Shown here in pieces: positions 12,715-27,265 of a stretch of DNA of 64,000 nt. Within the stretch, counting starts at the first letter, position 1. Each line of letters opens with the position of its first letter. Position numbers and translations under genes: made by a program. The stretch spans positions 56,110,001-56,174,000 of the forward strand of contig OX597818.1 of assembly GCA_951406725.2 (NCBI GenBank), in the 5' to 3' direction. The notes below the pieces were generated by a model. The model was not told where the DNA came from. It worked only from the letters and a program-made list of their open reading frames with translations, and did no database searches. Origin of the DNA: Octopus vulgaris. Taxonomy: Eukaryota.

Positions 12715-12752
<38 letters not shown>

Positions 12753-13884
12753 ACGGGCTTCTTTCAGTTTCCGTCTACCAAATGCACTGACAAGGCTTTG
12801 GTTGGCCCGAGGCTATAGTAGAGGACACTTACCCAAGGTGCCACACAGTGGGGATAGATACATAGATAGAGAGATAGATAGATAGATATATTTAATCAAG
12901 CCAAGGACCTACAATTATAATCCTTCAAGGGACGTTTATACAGTATGAAACTATTCAAAATTCCAGATGTTGGGTTTTCTATGATGTTCTTTTAATACCA
13001 CATTACACAGGATTAAATTTATCCTTGTGCATATTTTATTTATTTTTTTATATTTATTTACTTTATGCAATGCCTGTTCTAATTCATTAAATGAAGTTTT
13101 GTTTTAAATTTCTCTGACACTTCAAATTGGTTTTCAGTTATTAATTAAATGGTAATTAAAACTCCAGTTGTTGGTTGTAACCGCTTTCTTTTCTGACTTC
13201 AGTAGTGAGAAAATAGGAACTGGATTATCCCTAATCTCTTCTGAAGAATCTGATTTTGTGTTGTGTTGTGTTGGTTACCATTGATAACAAGATTACTGGA
13301 ATGATATCTGTCATCATCATCATTAACATTTAAGATCTGCTTTCCATGCTGGCATGGGTTGGACAGTTTGAGAGGAGCTGGCAAACCATAAGGCTGCACC
13401 AGGTTCCAGTTGTTTGTTTGGTATGGTTTTCACTGCTTGGTGCCATTCCTAATGCCAACCACTTCACAGAACAGACTGGGTGCTTTCTACATGGTGCCTT
13501 GCGAATGGATTTGGTAGAGAAACTGAGAGAAGCTCATTGTATATATATATATATATATATATATCTCTGTGTGTATATATAAGTCTTTGGTTCTGCGTTT
13601 GTGCCCCACCACTGCATGACAACCGGTGTTAGTGTGTTTACATCCCTTTAGCCTTGTGGTTCAGCAAAAGAGACTGATAGGCTAAAGAGCAGGCTTTAAA
13701 GGAAAGAAAAAACACTAGGGTCCATTTGTTCAACAAAAAAAATCCTTCGAGTTGGTGCCCCAGCATGGCCAAAGTCTAATGACTGAAACAAGTAAAAAAA
13801 TAAAAGATGAAGTCAATTTTATTTAATTGACCCTGAAGGAATTAAAAGCAAAGTACAAGTCAAACCCTCTGGCCAAGAGTATTG

Positions 13885-14300
13885 ACTGACTTGGTAGACA
13901 CCCACAAGACTTTCCACCATCTTTCCAATGACAACCTTGGACCCCTTTTTGAATTCCATATGTCTAACACTCACGGACAAAATTGAAAACAGGAAAATGA
14001 AAAAAACACAGCAGCCATGACTTCCAGAAACATTCTTTCGTGCTCAGAATTACTGAAGCATGGAACAAACCACCCACATGACTTGTTAGCTGTTGGGACA
14101 CTACATCCTCCAAAAACTTCCATGCTTCCTGGAATACACCAAAAGCATACCTGATATCCTCCAACCCCTTTTAGTCTTTTTAATAAGTCATTCACTGATC
14201 ACTTCCTGTGCATTATTCTATGTAATCTGCATGTGTACATTTGGCTACTCTTTCTGTTGAGTCGTAGTGCATTTGAGCATTGTATATAAGTTCTTTATTA
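13885..14300 (+). mobile_element. Degraded CR1-type LINE 3' end
   Basis: Homologous to 61215-61715 (cagccatgacttccagaaacattc...gaagcatggaacaaac). Confidence 0.7.
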
Positions 14301-14346
14301 TTTCATTGGAATAACTTTTGCTTTTTGTCTTTTCAACATCAATAAG

Positions 14347-14770
14347 TGGAGGCATGTGGCCAAGTGGTTAGAGCAGTGGACTTGTGGTCAAGGGATTGTG
14401 GGTTCGAATCTCAGACCAGGCGATGTATGCTTTTATGAGTGAAACACCTAAGCTCCACGTGGCTGCAGCAGACAGTAATGGCAAACTTCTGCTGACTCTC
14501 TCGCCACAGCTTCCTCTCACTCTCTCCTCCTGCATCTAGCAGCTCACCTGCGAAGGACCGGCGTCTGAGCAAAACACCTAAGCTCCCCACAGCTCTGGCA
14601 GAAGATAATGGCAAACTTCTGCTGACACTTTCGCCACAACTTTCTCTCACTTCTTCCTCCTGCATCTAGCAGCTCACCTGAGATGGATCAGATGGGGAAT
14701 CTATATGCCAATGAAACTGGAAAACCAGCCCTTATGAACCAGGCATTGCTTGAGAAGGAACAAACAACAA
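14347..14770 (+). mobile_element. tRNA-derived SINE (family D-related) with ~125-bp internal tandem duplication
   Basis: A box TGGCCAAGTGG, B box GGTTCGAATC; block aaacacctaagctcc...agcagctcacctg occurs twice; (ACA)n tail. Confidence 0.75.
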
Positions 14771-15092
14771 CAACAGGGTCAATAAAATGTGTACCATTAA
14801 AACACTGGAGTCAACTGAAATGACTAAATCCTCTCAGGAAATGTGTTACCCCTACCTTTGTTAGAACTCCATTGGCGCTTAAAGTCATGGGAATTGCACT
14901 AGTGGTACAAAAAAAAAAAAGAATCACCTAGTAGACTGTAAAGTGGTTGGCATTAGGAAGGGCATCCACCAGCAGAAACCCTGCCAATGCAGGTACTAGA
15001 GTATAATGCAGTCCTTGAGCCACGTCAGGTCCTGTCAAACCATCCAACCCTGGACATTAAGCAAGGATGATGATGATGATGATGGTATATGG

Positions 15093-15445
15093 TAGTGCTC
15101 TGCAACCAGTATGCTGCAGCATGCTGGTGTGCCATAAAACGATGCTAGGTGTGCCACAGTGTCACCTGAATATAATTTTTTTCCCCTTATACTTTTAATT
15201 ATATTTTACAGGTGTGCCACTGAATTTTGAAAAGAATATACTCTCTCTTTTACTCGTTTCAGTCATTTGATTGCGGCCATGCTGGAGCACCACCTTTAGT
15301 CAAACAAATCGACCCTGGGACTTATTCTTTGTAAGCCCAGTACTTATTCTATCGGTCTCTTTTGCCGAACCGCTAAGTGACGGGGACGTAAACACACCTG
15401 CATCGGTTGTCAAGCAATGCTAGGGGGACAAACACAGACACACAA

Positions 15446-15493
<48 letters not shown>

Positions 15494-15695
15494 GACAGGC
15501 TTCTTTCAGTTTCCGTCTACCAAATCCACTCACAAGGCATTGGTTGGCCCGGGGCTATAGTAAAAAACACTTGCCCAAGATGCCACGCAGTGGGACTGAA
15601 CCTGGAACCATGTGGTTGGTTAGCAAGCTACTTACCACACAGCCACTCCTGCGCCTATACGTATACAGCAAGTGAGAAACGGTTGCAGAGCACTG
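15093..15695. mobile_element. hAT-type MITE with a nested SINE A (15248-15656, minus)
   Basis: TIRs tagtgctctgcaacc / ggttgcagagcactg; degenerate 8-bp TSD gtatatgg/gaatatag. Confidence 0.65.
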
Positions 15696-15945
15696 GAATA
15701 TAGTGACAATGGGTCTTCATTGTTAAATAACGAGGATTTAGTTGCTCAATTAGCCAAATTACTTGGTACTGACTTAAGATGTAAGTGGTTGAATATTCCA
15801 CTGATGTGATTGCTCCTCACATAAACCTCAAGCAGAATTAGTATGACATGGTTGTACTTGTTGCATTACACATAGAATCTTAGCCAACGAGCATCTATAC
15901 AGTACCTGTCTACCCAATTTCAGTTAAAAGGTATGGGTTAATCCA

Positions 15946-16196
15946 ATCATCATCATCATCATCATTTAGCATCCACTTTCCATGCTAGCATGGGTTGGAC
16001 GGTTCAACTGGGGTCTTGGAAGCCAGAAGGCTGCACCAGGCCCAGTCTGATCTGGCAATGTTTCTACAGCTGGATGCCCTTCCAAAAGCCAACCACTCCG
16101 TGAGTGTAGTGGGTGCTTTTTACGTGCCACCCGCACAAGTGCCAGACGGGGCTGGCAAACGGCCACGGTCGGATGGTGCTTTTTATGTGCCACCGG
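15946..16196 (-). mobile_element. SINE family B
   Basis: (CAT)n then ccatgctagcatgggttggacgg...ggatgcccttcc; an opposite-orientation copy follows at ~16340-16538. Confidence 0.85.
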
Positions 16197-16935
16197 CTAT
16201 AGAAAATGATCTTTGCCTAAGATGCCACAGAATAGGGTCAAACCTGGGGCCTCGTAGTTGAAGAGTGAACTTCTTCACTTTGGGATGCACCTACATATTC
16301 ATTATATGTGTGTGTGGTTATATGTTTATATGTCTGCCTGACAGGCTCCTGTGCCCCCCCAATGGCTCCTGTGCCGGTGGCACATAAAAAGCACCGTCCA
16401 AATGTGGTTGATGCCAGTCTCCAGCTGTATGAATCCAGCCAAAACAGTCAGATTTTTGGTGCTGGCTTCGGCCTGGTCGGCTCTTGTGGTGCCATCCCAC
16501 CCATGCCAGCATGGAACACGGACGTTAAATGATGATGATATATACGTGTGTGTGTATTTGTTCGTCCTCCACTGATGCTGGTGTGTTTATGTCACCATAA
16601 CTTAGCAGTTCAGCAAAAGAGACTAATAGAATAAATACTAGGCTTACAAAGAATAAGCCCAGCGGTCAATTTCTTCAACTAACACCCTTTGAGGTGGTGC
16701 TCCAGCATGGCCACAGCCAAATGACTGAAACGAAAGAAAAAAAGGAAGAAAAACCATTATCTAACTTGAGTAGATGATATCACACCTGACCCTTTAATAT
16801 GTTGCTACAGGTGTTTGAGCAAGATACTTCACTCCACTTTCCTCCCATGGCTTCATTAATCTAATTATAGTTCTGGAGGTGGAATAACAAGAGAATAAGT
16901 GACAGATAAGAAAGATGTTTGAACCGTGTTCTTAC

Positions 16936-17040
16936 AATGGTTCTGAATGAAAGCACCGGATGACAGTGTTGGTTTCAGTGTAAATATTATGGTGTGATAA
17001 TCTCGGTTGAAATACACAGGATTGTTAGCATTGATGCAGG
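16936..17040 (-). CDS. Possible isolated symmetric (phase 1-1) exon, (A)CINANNPVYFNRDYHTIIFTLKPTLSSGAFIQNH
   Basis: Minus-strand acceptor ctctctctccctccag, 105 nt open frame, donor GTAAGA; no partner exons found. Confidence 0.25.
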
Positions 17041-17706
17041 CTGGAGGGAGAGAGAGAGAGGAGAGAGAATGTGGTTGAAATATGACCATTCATGCCACTA
17101 CCACCACCACCACCACCACTGCTGCCACTGCCACGGTTCCCACCTCCAGCTCCTCCTTACCCACCACGCCTTCTCAAAAGAGTAATCGAGTACAAAATTT
17201 AGGATGTAACACTATTGAGTATTTCAGACTAATCAGGGGGAAAGACAAAGTAAACAACGTTTGTCTGTTGCAAGGCACTGCTGGGCTCTGTGTTGGCGAC
17301 ATATCGTTTCCCTGCCAATGTACTGTTCTAGGACAGTTAACCAATAGGGTCAGTCAGTTCATTTAAGGGACTTGTATTATAGTAGTCAAAGAAACAACAA
17401 GTGAAATGTCAGGTTGAGTTACTTATTAGCTAGACAGTGTGACAATGTTATTTAGACAAAGCAGGCAGGGGGTATTTGTTTGGAGTATTTTAGAATAATT
17501 GTTAAGGGAGTGTGTGTGTTTATAGCAGACATGCTGCAGACGGGGCAGTTTGTCTGCCATTCAGAGTTTTCGCCCCTTCATTTTATAGAATCTATTGATA
17601 TTTTTGAAAGTGTCTGCAACATAATTATTTTCTGCCTCTAAGCCTGATGGATTACCTGCAAAGAAGATTAAAGGAATAACCTCAGAGAGTTATACCTGTA
17701 TGTATG

Positions 17707-17744
<38 letters not shown>

Positions 17745-17997
17745 TGTAACCGATGTCTGCTTTATGGCATTCTGGACATAAAGGGAAATTTCATTAAAAA
17801 TAGATTCGGCTTGATCTTTGTAAATCATAAGAAAAAGCTAGACAGGTTGTAAATAAATGATAAAGGTTTTATGACACAAACGAACTCAAAGTAAAGATCA
17901 AAGCATTTTCACATTGGAAATCACAGCCAGAGGTGAAACTGCAAAGTGCAGATTACAGAAGGGAAAATGGTTCAGTAGTGAATGTGAAAAGATATAT

Positions 17998-18037
<40 letters not shown>

Positions 18038-18892
18038 TATATTAAATTAGAGATAAAACCACTATTAGGCAAATCAAACAGTGAAAAACATAAGCCAATA
18101 CATAAAATTAATTTAAAAATATAAAAGTTAAAAATTAATAAATTATTTAAATAATTTAAATTTATAAATTTTAAATATATATATATACTATATATGTATG
18201 TGTATTTTTATATTTATATATTATTTTATTTATTAATTTATTTATTTTTTATTTATTTTTTTATATATAAATATCAAAAGTATTAAAAGTTTAATAAAAG
18301 ATAAAGATATATATATATATATATATATATAAGCAACAGATGACTGAACGGAGAGAGGTGAATAAGAGCAAGTGCTGCATTGAGACACATTCTCTTCTCT
18401 CCGCACTGGAGCAGACTTGCTATTAAGTAAGCACAGCTGCATCATCGTATTGTTTATTTAGATGCAGCAAATCTCTTTCTCAGACTCTCTAACTTTTGTT
18501 AAGTGCCACATTCCATTCACACATCGCAGGAGTGAATATGATAATAACATATTAGATATTTCAAGAAGAAATCCACTCCGCACATTCGCAGAGTAAAGGG
18601 TTTTTATGCAAGGGAAAATAAGCTTAAAAGGTGCTACAAATGGGGCCAGGTACCATTTTGAGTCTTGAGACTTCGCTTTTGATAGAGAACACAAGAAGTG
18701 AAGCTCATATCAAGCTGAAGAGGAGAAGCTGGGTATTGAACCTGCACATCCATTTCCTTACATTCATAGTAGTAGATTCCTAAAAATAGATTCTTAGATT
18801 TACACAAGCTCACAGCTGATAGAATATGGCAGAACTAATTTATTATCTATTGATAATTTTTTTTTTTTTTTTTTTAATACCTGTAGCATTAC

Positions 18893-19475
18893 TCTTTTAC
18901 TGGTTTCAGTCATTTGACTGCGGCCATGCTAGAGCACCGCCTCTAGTCAAGCAAATCGACCCCGGGACTTATTCTTTGTAAGCCCAGTACTTATTCTCTC
19001 GGTCTCTTTTTTTGCCGAACTGCTAAGTGACGGGGACGTAAACACACCAGCATTGGTTGTCAAGCAATGCTAGGGGGACAAACACAGACACACAAACACA
19101 CATACCTATATACGACAGGCTTCTTTCAGTTTCCGTCTACCAAATCCACTCACAAGGCATTGGTCGGCCCGGGGCTATAGCAGAAGACACTTGCCCAAGA
19201 TGCCATTATATTATGATAATAATAATAATCTTTTCTACTATAGGCACAAATCCTGAAATTTGTGGGGGGAGGCGGGCAAGTTGATCACATTGACCTCAGT
19301 ATTCAACTGGTACTTAATTTATTGACCCCGAAAGGATGAAAGGCAAAGTCGACCTCAGGGAAATTTGAACTCAGAATGTAGCAACGGGCAAAATACCACT
19401 AATTATTTCGTCCAGCGCGCTAACGAGTCTTCCAGTTCGCCACCTTAGTAATAATAATAAAACTACTACTACTAC

Positions 19476-19509
<34 letters not shown>

Positions 19510-20024
19510 CTTTTACTCTCTCTTTACTCTTTTACTTGTTTCAGTCATTTGACTGTGGCCATGCTGGAGCACCGCCTTTAATCGAGCAAATTGACCCCAG
19601 GACTTATTCTTTGGAAGCCTAGTATATATACGACAGGCTTCTTTCAGTTTCCGTCTACCAAATCCACTCACAAGGCTTTGGTCGACCCGAGGCTATAGCA
19701 GAAGACACTTGCCCAAGGTGCCACGCAGTGGGACTGAACCCAGAACCATGTGGTTCGTAAGCAAGCTACTTACCACAGTGCCACTCCTACGCCTATATAA
19801 TAATAATAATAATAATACTGGAAGCACAAGGCCTGAAATTTGGGGGAAGGGATTAAGTCAATTACAACGACCCCAGTGCGTAACTGGTACTTATTTAATT
19901 GACTCTGAAACGATAAAAAGCAAAGTCAACCTCGGTGGAATTTGAACTCGGAATGTAGCGACAGATGAAGTACTGCTAATCATGTTGCCTGGCGTGTTAA
20001 CGATTCTGCCAACTCGCCCCCCTT
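18893..20024 (-). mobile_element. Cluster of alternating SINE A (18893-19205, 19530-19795) and SINE C (19230-19446, 19825-20024) copies
   Basis: Family motifs as above, all on the minus strand, separated by (AAT)n tracts. Confidence 0.85.
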
Positions 20025-21944
20025 AATAATAATAATGATGATGATGATGATGTTTTTCTGTTGTTGACAATGATATGGGAGAAGACGACAGTGGGGGTGG
20101 CACGGTGTGTCCAGCTGTGGTCAATCAGTCAGATGCCTGCTTAGAAGGCTCTGCTGCAGGTTGGCCGGCACTGGTGGCCTACTGGGACTGAAGGCAAGGA
20201 GTCGGCTCTGTTTTCTTTGTGCCCCATGCGACCCCGTTCTGTTCGTAGGAGGTGGCACCTCTGTTGAATAGCTTGTAGTTATTATCATTCTAAATGCAAT
20301 ATTGAATACATAACATATTGTCTTGAGGTTATCAAACGCTGGAGGTAACCTTTGTGCAGTTGCTCAACAAGCTAGTAATAGCAGCCAAATTCCTTGAAAT
20401 TGCACTCTGTCATCTTAAAAAAGAAAACACACAGTGGATAATGTACTCCTAGATAGACACGCAAAGAAGATGGAATGGTCATGATTGGTGCAACTTTGAT
20501 TCATAGGTTTTCTCATTCAGAGCAGACCTGGGGTTAAATTATCATTTCATGCCTCTTTTTCTCTTTTTTTTCTTGCGTGTAATAAATATTGTATTTTTTT
20601 AAAGCTTTTGGCTTAACAAACAATAATTAAAAAATGAGGAGAAAAAAAATATTTAATTTATTTTCCTTATTTAAATAAATCATTTAATGTGAAACATTTA
20701 AAATTTATTTTCCTAACTGACTGTGTGTGTGTGTGTGCACGCGAACAAGAAGTGAGCAAAGAAAACTTGTAATTCTTGTTTTACACAAAAATCACTGGAA
20801 TTGTTTTTCTGCAAAGAAATCTCCTGCTATTTAAAGAGGAAGTGAAGAAAATTGGCTCAAATACCATTCTAAAACACCTGCAGCAGATATAAGAAACCAA
20901 AGTTTTGTTAAGTAGACATTTTAATTGGCATCACATATTAATGAAAATACAGATTAATTTCTTTAATTAGTAAATATCATATACAGGGATTCTTAGCAGA
21001 GCATTTAGTTGTGTTTAGCCGTGCTAAGACCTTTCCCTCTTTGTGTATATGTCTGTAGCAGCTGGTTAGTAAAATAGGGGAATAGGTGAAATACCAGAGA
21101 GTGTCTAAACATTTGTAATTTTTGGGGGTCGGAAGCAAACAAAATAATAATAAATAAAGCGCAGGAATTTACTTTCTTATCAATCATAAAACTTATGAAT
21201 GCTACCGGTTAAAAAAGAAAAAATTATCATTTCTTGAATTCCTATCATTTCAGCAAACCCTAAACAACCTTTTCTCCTGAAAATCATCATTATCATCATC
21301 ATCATCATCATTCAATATCAGTTTCCCAAGTTGGCAGTGAAGATGTGCAGCTAAGTGGCTAGGGTTTTAGCTTGTGATTGTGAGTTCGATATCCAGCAAC
21401 ATGTTGTGTCCTTGAGCAAGACTCTTTATACCACGTTGCTCCGGTGAACTCAGCCGGCATAAATGTATCTCAAAGAGCCATCCTTGTCACGTTCAGCGTC
21501 ACACTGAATCTTCCCGAGAACTTATCTTATCAAGGGTACGTGCGTCTGTTAATCTCACGAGCAGGTTGATCGGTCAATTGGATCAACTGGAACCCTCACC
21601 ACTCCACCCGCCCATGTGCTGGCACTGGTCAAGATGGTTTTATAGGAACACAAGAGCCACATAATTGTGCCAAACTCCAATGTCTGCTTCGACACGGTTT
21701 CTACGGCTGGGTACCATTCCTAATGCCTACAACTTTACCAGATGCTCTTTTCATACCACCAGCACCAGTAAGGTTCCTGAGTAACTTACAAGACAAGACC
21801 CCCCACTCCTCAAATGAGTGTGAATGGAGTAAGTATAGTTGAGGGAGAGGAGGGAATTTGTGCCAGGTGATGAGGTGGTTTGCTGTAAAGGAGATGCATC
21901 AAGTTGGAAGTTCCTTCCAAGCTATATATTGATCAAGAAAAAAT

Positions 21945-22203
21945 AAATAAATAAATGTGCCCTTTTAAAGCCTAGCCAGGCTCATGGGTCCGGTTTCCCG
22001 GTTTCTATGACATATGTGTTCCCCAGCTGGATGGGACACCAGTCCATCGAAGCGTTACTCATTTTTTCCAGCTGAGTGGACTGGAGCAACGTGAAATGAA
22101 GTGTTTTGCTCAAGAACACAACGCGTCGCCCAGCCCAGGAATTGAAACCACAATCTTACGATCATGGTGCTGACACCCTAACCACTAAGCCATGCACCTC
22201 CAC
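21945..22203 (-). mobile_element. SINE family D (tRNA head, CORE-like)
   Basis: Reverse complement ggaggtgcatggcttagtggttagggtg...gtttcaattcc...cttgagcaaaacacttcatttcacgttgctcc; related copies at ~21340-21595 (+), 27440-27822, 58647-58882, 59425-59848 (-). Confidence 0.8.
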
Positions 22204-23065
22204 TATTTACCAAGAGATCAAATATAAACTGCAATTGAGCATCCTGTGAACAAACTTTTGCTCTATTAATTTAAAACAATACCAATTTACGGGAAAGAGA
22301 GAACGGAGGTGGGGGGGTTAGACATAAGAACTAATTTTACTTGAAACACTGAAATAGGGTATCGGTAACCAATCGACTGGGGTCTACTTCATGGTGCACT
22401 CTTCTTTTTGTACTTTAAGTACATTCTTACAGTCCTATTAAAGTACAAACACACATATGTATTCTTATGTTTAGCTAACAAGAGAGCTTCTATGTGGTTT
22501 ATCAACTTGCTGAAATAGCACCCAAATGTCCCTTAAATCACACAACACCGTTGTCTCCTGAATGAGTGTTGGGCCTCATGGAGGCAAAGTGGCCGAGTTC
22601 CTTTCGAGCATTGGGAGACAATGACCAAGACCTTTGGCATTATGTTGTGCTTGAGAAGAAGACCCATCAAGCTGAACAAAATCGCAGTCGTGGCAGGTAC
22701 CGGTGTCATGCAAATGGCACCCATGCCGGTGGCACCTAAAAGCACCCATTACACTCTTGTAGTAGTTGGCGTTGCAAAGGGCAACCAGCTGTACAAAACC
22801 ATGCCAAATCAGACTGGAGCCTGGTGCAGCCTTCCAGCATGCCAGCCCAGTCAAACTGTACAACCTGTGCCAGTATGGACAACGGACATTAAATGCTGAT
22901 GATGTACCTCAATACAACACCCCTTCAGTTGTCTAGCAAGTACTTGATGAGACCTCACCAGTGCTGGTACCTTTAAAAATAAACATTTTGCCTGTACTTG
23001 TGATTACAGACGGTTCAGCACCCTTTCTGACTGTCCTGCTGCATTGTCCCTCCATCATACTTTAA

Positions 23066-23285
23066 CCCTTTAGTGTTTAAACCGGCCATATCCGGCCCAA
23101 ATATTCTATGTTTTATATTCAAACCAGCGATATCCGGCCTCTTACACCTAATCTACATTGACATTCTAAAAATAAACAATCACATCACTGAAACCTCAAA
23201 AGCTATAAGATAATGCAGGATTAATTAAAAACAATTTTAATTAAAAAAGCATTACATTTAACAGAGTAATCTGAACACTAAAGGG
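23066..23285. mobile_element. piggyBac-type MITE
   Basis: TTAA TSD on both sides; TIRs ccctttagtgtt / aacactaaaggg; partial copy at ~41240-41338. Confidence 0.85.
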
Positions 23286-23580
23286 TTAAACCTCTCACCA
23301 CATGGCATAAGGGTCACCCCTGCCCCTCAATGCTAATCCTCATTCAACTGAGGGTTCTTGACTTTCGAGTTACACGGTGAATTCACTAGTGCCAGTGACA
23401 CATAAATAAGCACCCTGTTACACTTTGTGAAGTGACTGGTGTTAAGAAGATGAATCCAACCATGGCAACCATGTCAAAGTAGACTTTGGAACTCAGCACA
23501 GCCCTCTGGCTTGTTGGTTCCTGTTAATCTATCCAGAATGGAAAAAGGGATGTTAAAAACGATGTCATATCTATATATTC

Positions 23581-23972
23581 TTTTACTTGTTTCAGTCATT
23601 TGACTGTGGCCATGCTGGAGTACAACTTTTAGTCAAGCAAATTGACCCCAGGATTTATTCTTTGCAAGCTTGATACTTATTCCATCGGTTTCTTTTTCTG
23701 AACTGTTAAGTTACGGCGATGTAAATGCACCAGCATCGGTTATCAAGCGATGTTGGGGAAACAAACACTGACACACACACACACACATACACACATATAT
23801 ATATGTACACGATGGGCTTCTTTCAGTTTCCATCTACCAAATCCACTCACAAGGCTTTGGTCAGCCTGAGGCTATAGTAGAAGATACTTGCCCAAGGTGT
23901 CATGCATGGTACTGAACCTGAGACCATGTGGTTGGTAAGCAAGCTACTTACCACACAGCCACTCCTACGCCT
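23581..23972 (-). mobile_element. SINE family A, full length
   Basis: Family motifs as above. Confidence 0.88.
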
Positions 23973-24121
23973 ATATATATATCATCATCACTTAATATCC
24001 GCCTTTCATGCTGGCATGGATGAATTTGTAGTGAAATATATGGATTCACAGAACCATGTGGTTATCACAGAAAGACTTGGTTAAATAAATATATTCACCT
24101 TTCATACCTCCTGGCATTTAT

Positions 24122-24154
<33 letters not shown>

Positions 24155-24774
24155 TAATCATCATCATCCCTTAGCGTCCATTTTCCATGCTGGCATGGGT
24201 TGGATGGTTTGACTGAGGCCTGGAAAGCCAGAAGGCTGCACCAGGCTCCAATCTGATCTGGCAGAGTTTCTACAGCTGCATGCCCTTCCTAACACCAACC
24301 ACTCCAAGGGTGTACTGGTTGCTTTTTACATGCCACCAGCACGGGGGCCAGGCAGGTGGCCCTGGCATCGATCACGTTTGAATAGTGCTTTTTACATGCC
24401 ACTTAAGTGAAAAAAATAGCTACTGGGGTTGATTCATTCAACTAAAAATTCTGCAAGGTGGTGCCCCAGCATGGCCACAGCCTTAATGATTGAAACAAGT
24501 AAAACAATAAAAGATATATATAGAGAGAAAGAAAGAAAGAGGGAGAGAAAGAGAGAAGGAGAAAGAGAGGGAGAGAGAAACCTAATTAGATGCTCACAGA
24601 GAGAGAGAGAGAGAGAGAACAAGAGAGACACCAAAACGAATGATGCCAATTGAGTCGGTGTTGAGTCAGCGATGCCAGATAGGCAGCACCAAAATGTCTC
24701 ATACCCTATTTAACCACCCCCACTGGATAACAAATGTGCCTGTGTGGACATGTGATATAAAGTTTTGACTTTCA

Positions 24775-25505
24775 GTAACATTTTTTCCTGCTAAGAGTTG
24801 CTGAAGCATGGGACAAACTGCCAGCATCAGTTGTTAGTTGTCGGAGCACTGCATCCTTCAAAACTTCCATGCTTCCTGAGATTCGCCAACACTACACCTG
24901 ATTTTCTCCCCTCCATACACACGCAAGCATGGATCTGACTCATACACTGTTCACTTTCCAGACATTTGTACATTACTGCATATGCTTTATATGCACTTTT
25001 GACAAGTTGTGGGGCACCTGAGCACTGTATACAATAATTTCGCCGAGGTCGACTTTGCCTTTCATCCTTTCGGGGTCAATAAATTAAGTACCAGTTTCGC
25101 ACTGGGGTCGGTGTAATCGACTTAATCCCTTTGTCTGTCCTTGTTTGTCCCTTCTATGTTTAGCCCCTTGTGGGCAATAAAGAAATATAAATATGAGGGC
25201 ACGTAACAAACACCATCCGAGCGTGGCCGTCCGCCAGCCCCGTCTGGCACCTGTGTCGGTGGCACATAAAAAACACCATCCGAGCGTGGCCGTCTGCCAG
25301 CCTCGTCTGGCACCTGTGTCGGTGGCACATAAAATCACCCACTACACTCTCGGAGTGGTTGGCGTTAGGAAGGGCATCCAGCTGTAGAAACACTGCCAGA
25401 TCTGACTGGCCTGGTGCAGCCTTCGGGCTTGCCAGACCCCAGTTGAACCGTCCAACCCATGCTAGCATGGAAAGCGGACGTTAAACGATGATGATGATGA
25501 TGATA
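24775..25505 (+). mobile_element. Stack of CR1-type LINE 3' end (24775-25040), SINE C (25040-25185) and SINE B (25198-25505)
   Basis: Each segment matches other copies in the window. Confidence 0.8.
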
Positions 25506-25946
25506 TATATAATTATTATTAATATTATTATTATTTTAAAGTAAAGCAGGATTATAGAAGAAAAAGAAAAAAAAGAAATAAACCTCAAATTTCCTCGCTT
25601 TAGAGAGACAGTCAATCTATTGGTGATGGTCATCATCATCATCATTGTCATCTAACGTCCGCTCGGTGTGTGTAAATAAGGAAGTTGAAGCAAACATGTT
25701 TAGATGTGAGAAAAATATAGGTAAATGCTTCCTAAACCCCCACGGGAGAGTTTAACAGTTGGTGCTTAAGTCTAGTTTTAGAGTATTAAGTTGTGGACGA
25801 GAGAGAAATCTCTTCCTGGACAGTTTCGTTGTCTGTTACTGGTTGCAGCAGCACCTGGCTCTTTGGGTTCTTTTAACAACGTCCACTCCATCGCAAGCAT
25901 TCAAAACCAAGTTTCTACTTTGAAAATAACTCCATTTCATGGTATA

Positions 25947-26178
25947 GGGTGGTGAGCTGGCAGAAACATTAGCACACCGGGCGAAATGCGTAGCCGTATT
26001 TCGTCAGCCGTTACGTTCTAAGTTCAAATTCTGCCTAGGTTGACTTTGCCTTTCATCCTTTCGAGGTCGATTAAATAAGTACCAGTTACGCACTAGGGTC
26101 GATATAATCGACTTAATCCATTTGTCTGTCCTTGTTTATCCTCTCTGTGTTTAGCCCCTTGTGGGTAGTAAAGAAATA
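25947..26178 (+). mobile_element. SINE family C, full length
   Basis: Near identical to 12483-12714. Confidence 0.88.
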
Positions 26179-26639
26179 GGTATACTGCTTCAAACTACAG
26201 CAACTTTTGAGAAAGGGTTCTTTCTTCTTCTTCATCGACTAGCATTGGAAATTGCATAAAAGACCAGAATCATTTTAGGTGGGGGGTTGGGGGGGGGGGG
26301 TGTCCTGTAAGTTACTTATTGACATTGTTGGTGCTAGTGCCACGTAAAAACCACTGGTGCTGGCATCACATAAAATGCACCCAGAACACTCTGTAAAGTG
26401 GCTGGCAATGAGAAGGGTCCCCAGCTGTACAAACCAAATCAAAACAGGCTATGGAGCCTGATGTGGCCCCTGGCCCTATCAGCTTCTCTCAAGCCATCCA
26501 ACCCATGCCAGCATGGAAAACTTGTTAAATGTTTTGATGCTGTTGATAATAAAATTATGTACCCACTCATACACATTTTAATATTTTGTACTCAGTTAAG
26601 TAATGTCTCTATAACATGTGCACATGTGCAAACACAGGT

Positions 26640-27055
26640 GCAGGCATGGCCGTGTGGTTAGGGAGCTTGCTTTGCAAATATGTGGTTTCAGGTTCAGTCC
26701 CACCGTATGGTATCTTCGGCAAGTGTCTTCTACTGAAAACTTAATCTGACCAATGCCTTACAAATGAATTACTCAGTAGATGAAAACTGTGAGGAAGCCT
26801 GTTGTGTGTTTATTATATATATATATACACACATGTATTTATTGTTTTACTTGTTTCAGTCATTTAACTGTGGCCATGCTGGAGCACCACCTTTAGTCAA
26901 ACAAATCGACACCACCACTTATTCTTCGTAAGCCTAGTACTTATTCCATCGATCTCTTTTGCCAAACCACTAAGTTACAGGGATGTAAACAGACCAACAT
27001 TGGCTGTTAAGCGATGGTGGGGGGGACAAACACAGGCACACAAATACATATATAT

Positions 27056-27094
<39 letters not shown>

Positions 27095-27265
27095 CATACA
27101 TACAACGGGCTTCTTTCAGTTTCCGTCTTCCATATCTCCTCACAAGGTTTTGGTCAGCCCGAGGCTATAGTAGAAGACACTTGCCCCAGGTGCCACGCAG
27201 TGGGACTGAACCTGGAACCATGTGGTTGAGAAGCAAGCTACTTACCACACAGCACACCTGTACCT
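26640..27265. mobile_element. Inverted pair of SINE A copies (26640-26802 +, 26845-27265 -)
   Basis: tRNA-like heads at both outer ends. Confidence 0.75.

Noticed and set aside
15407-15703. Recurring ORFs such as [13 protein letters not shown]...CPRCHAVGLNLEPCG and QSDLAVFLQLDALPNANH
   Set aside because: SINE A and B sequence; these recur in many copies and both orientations.
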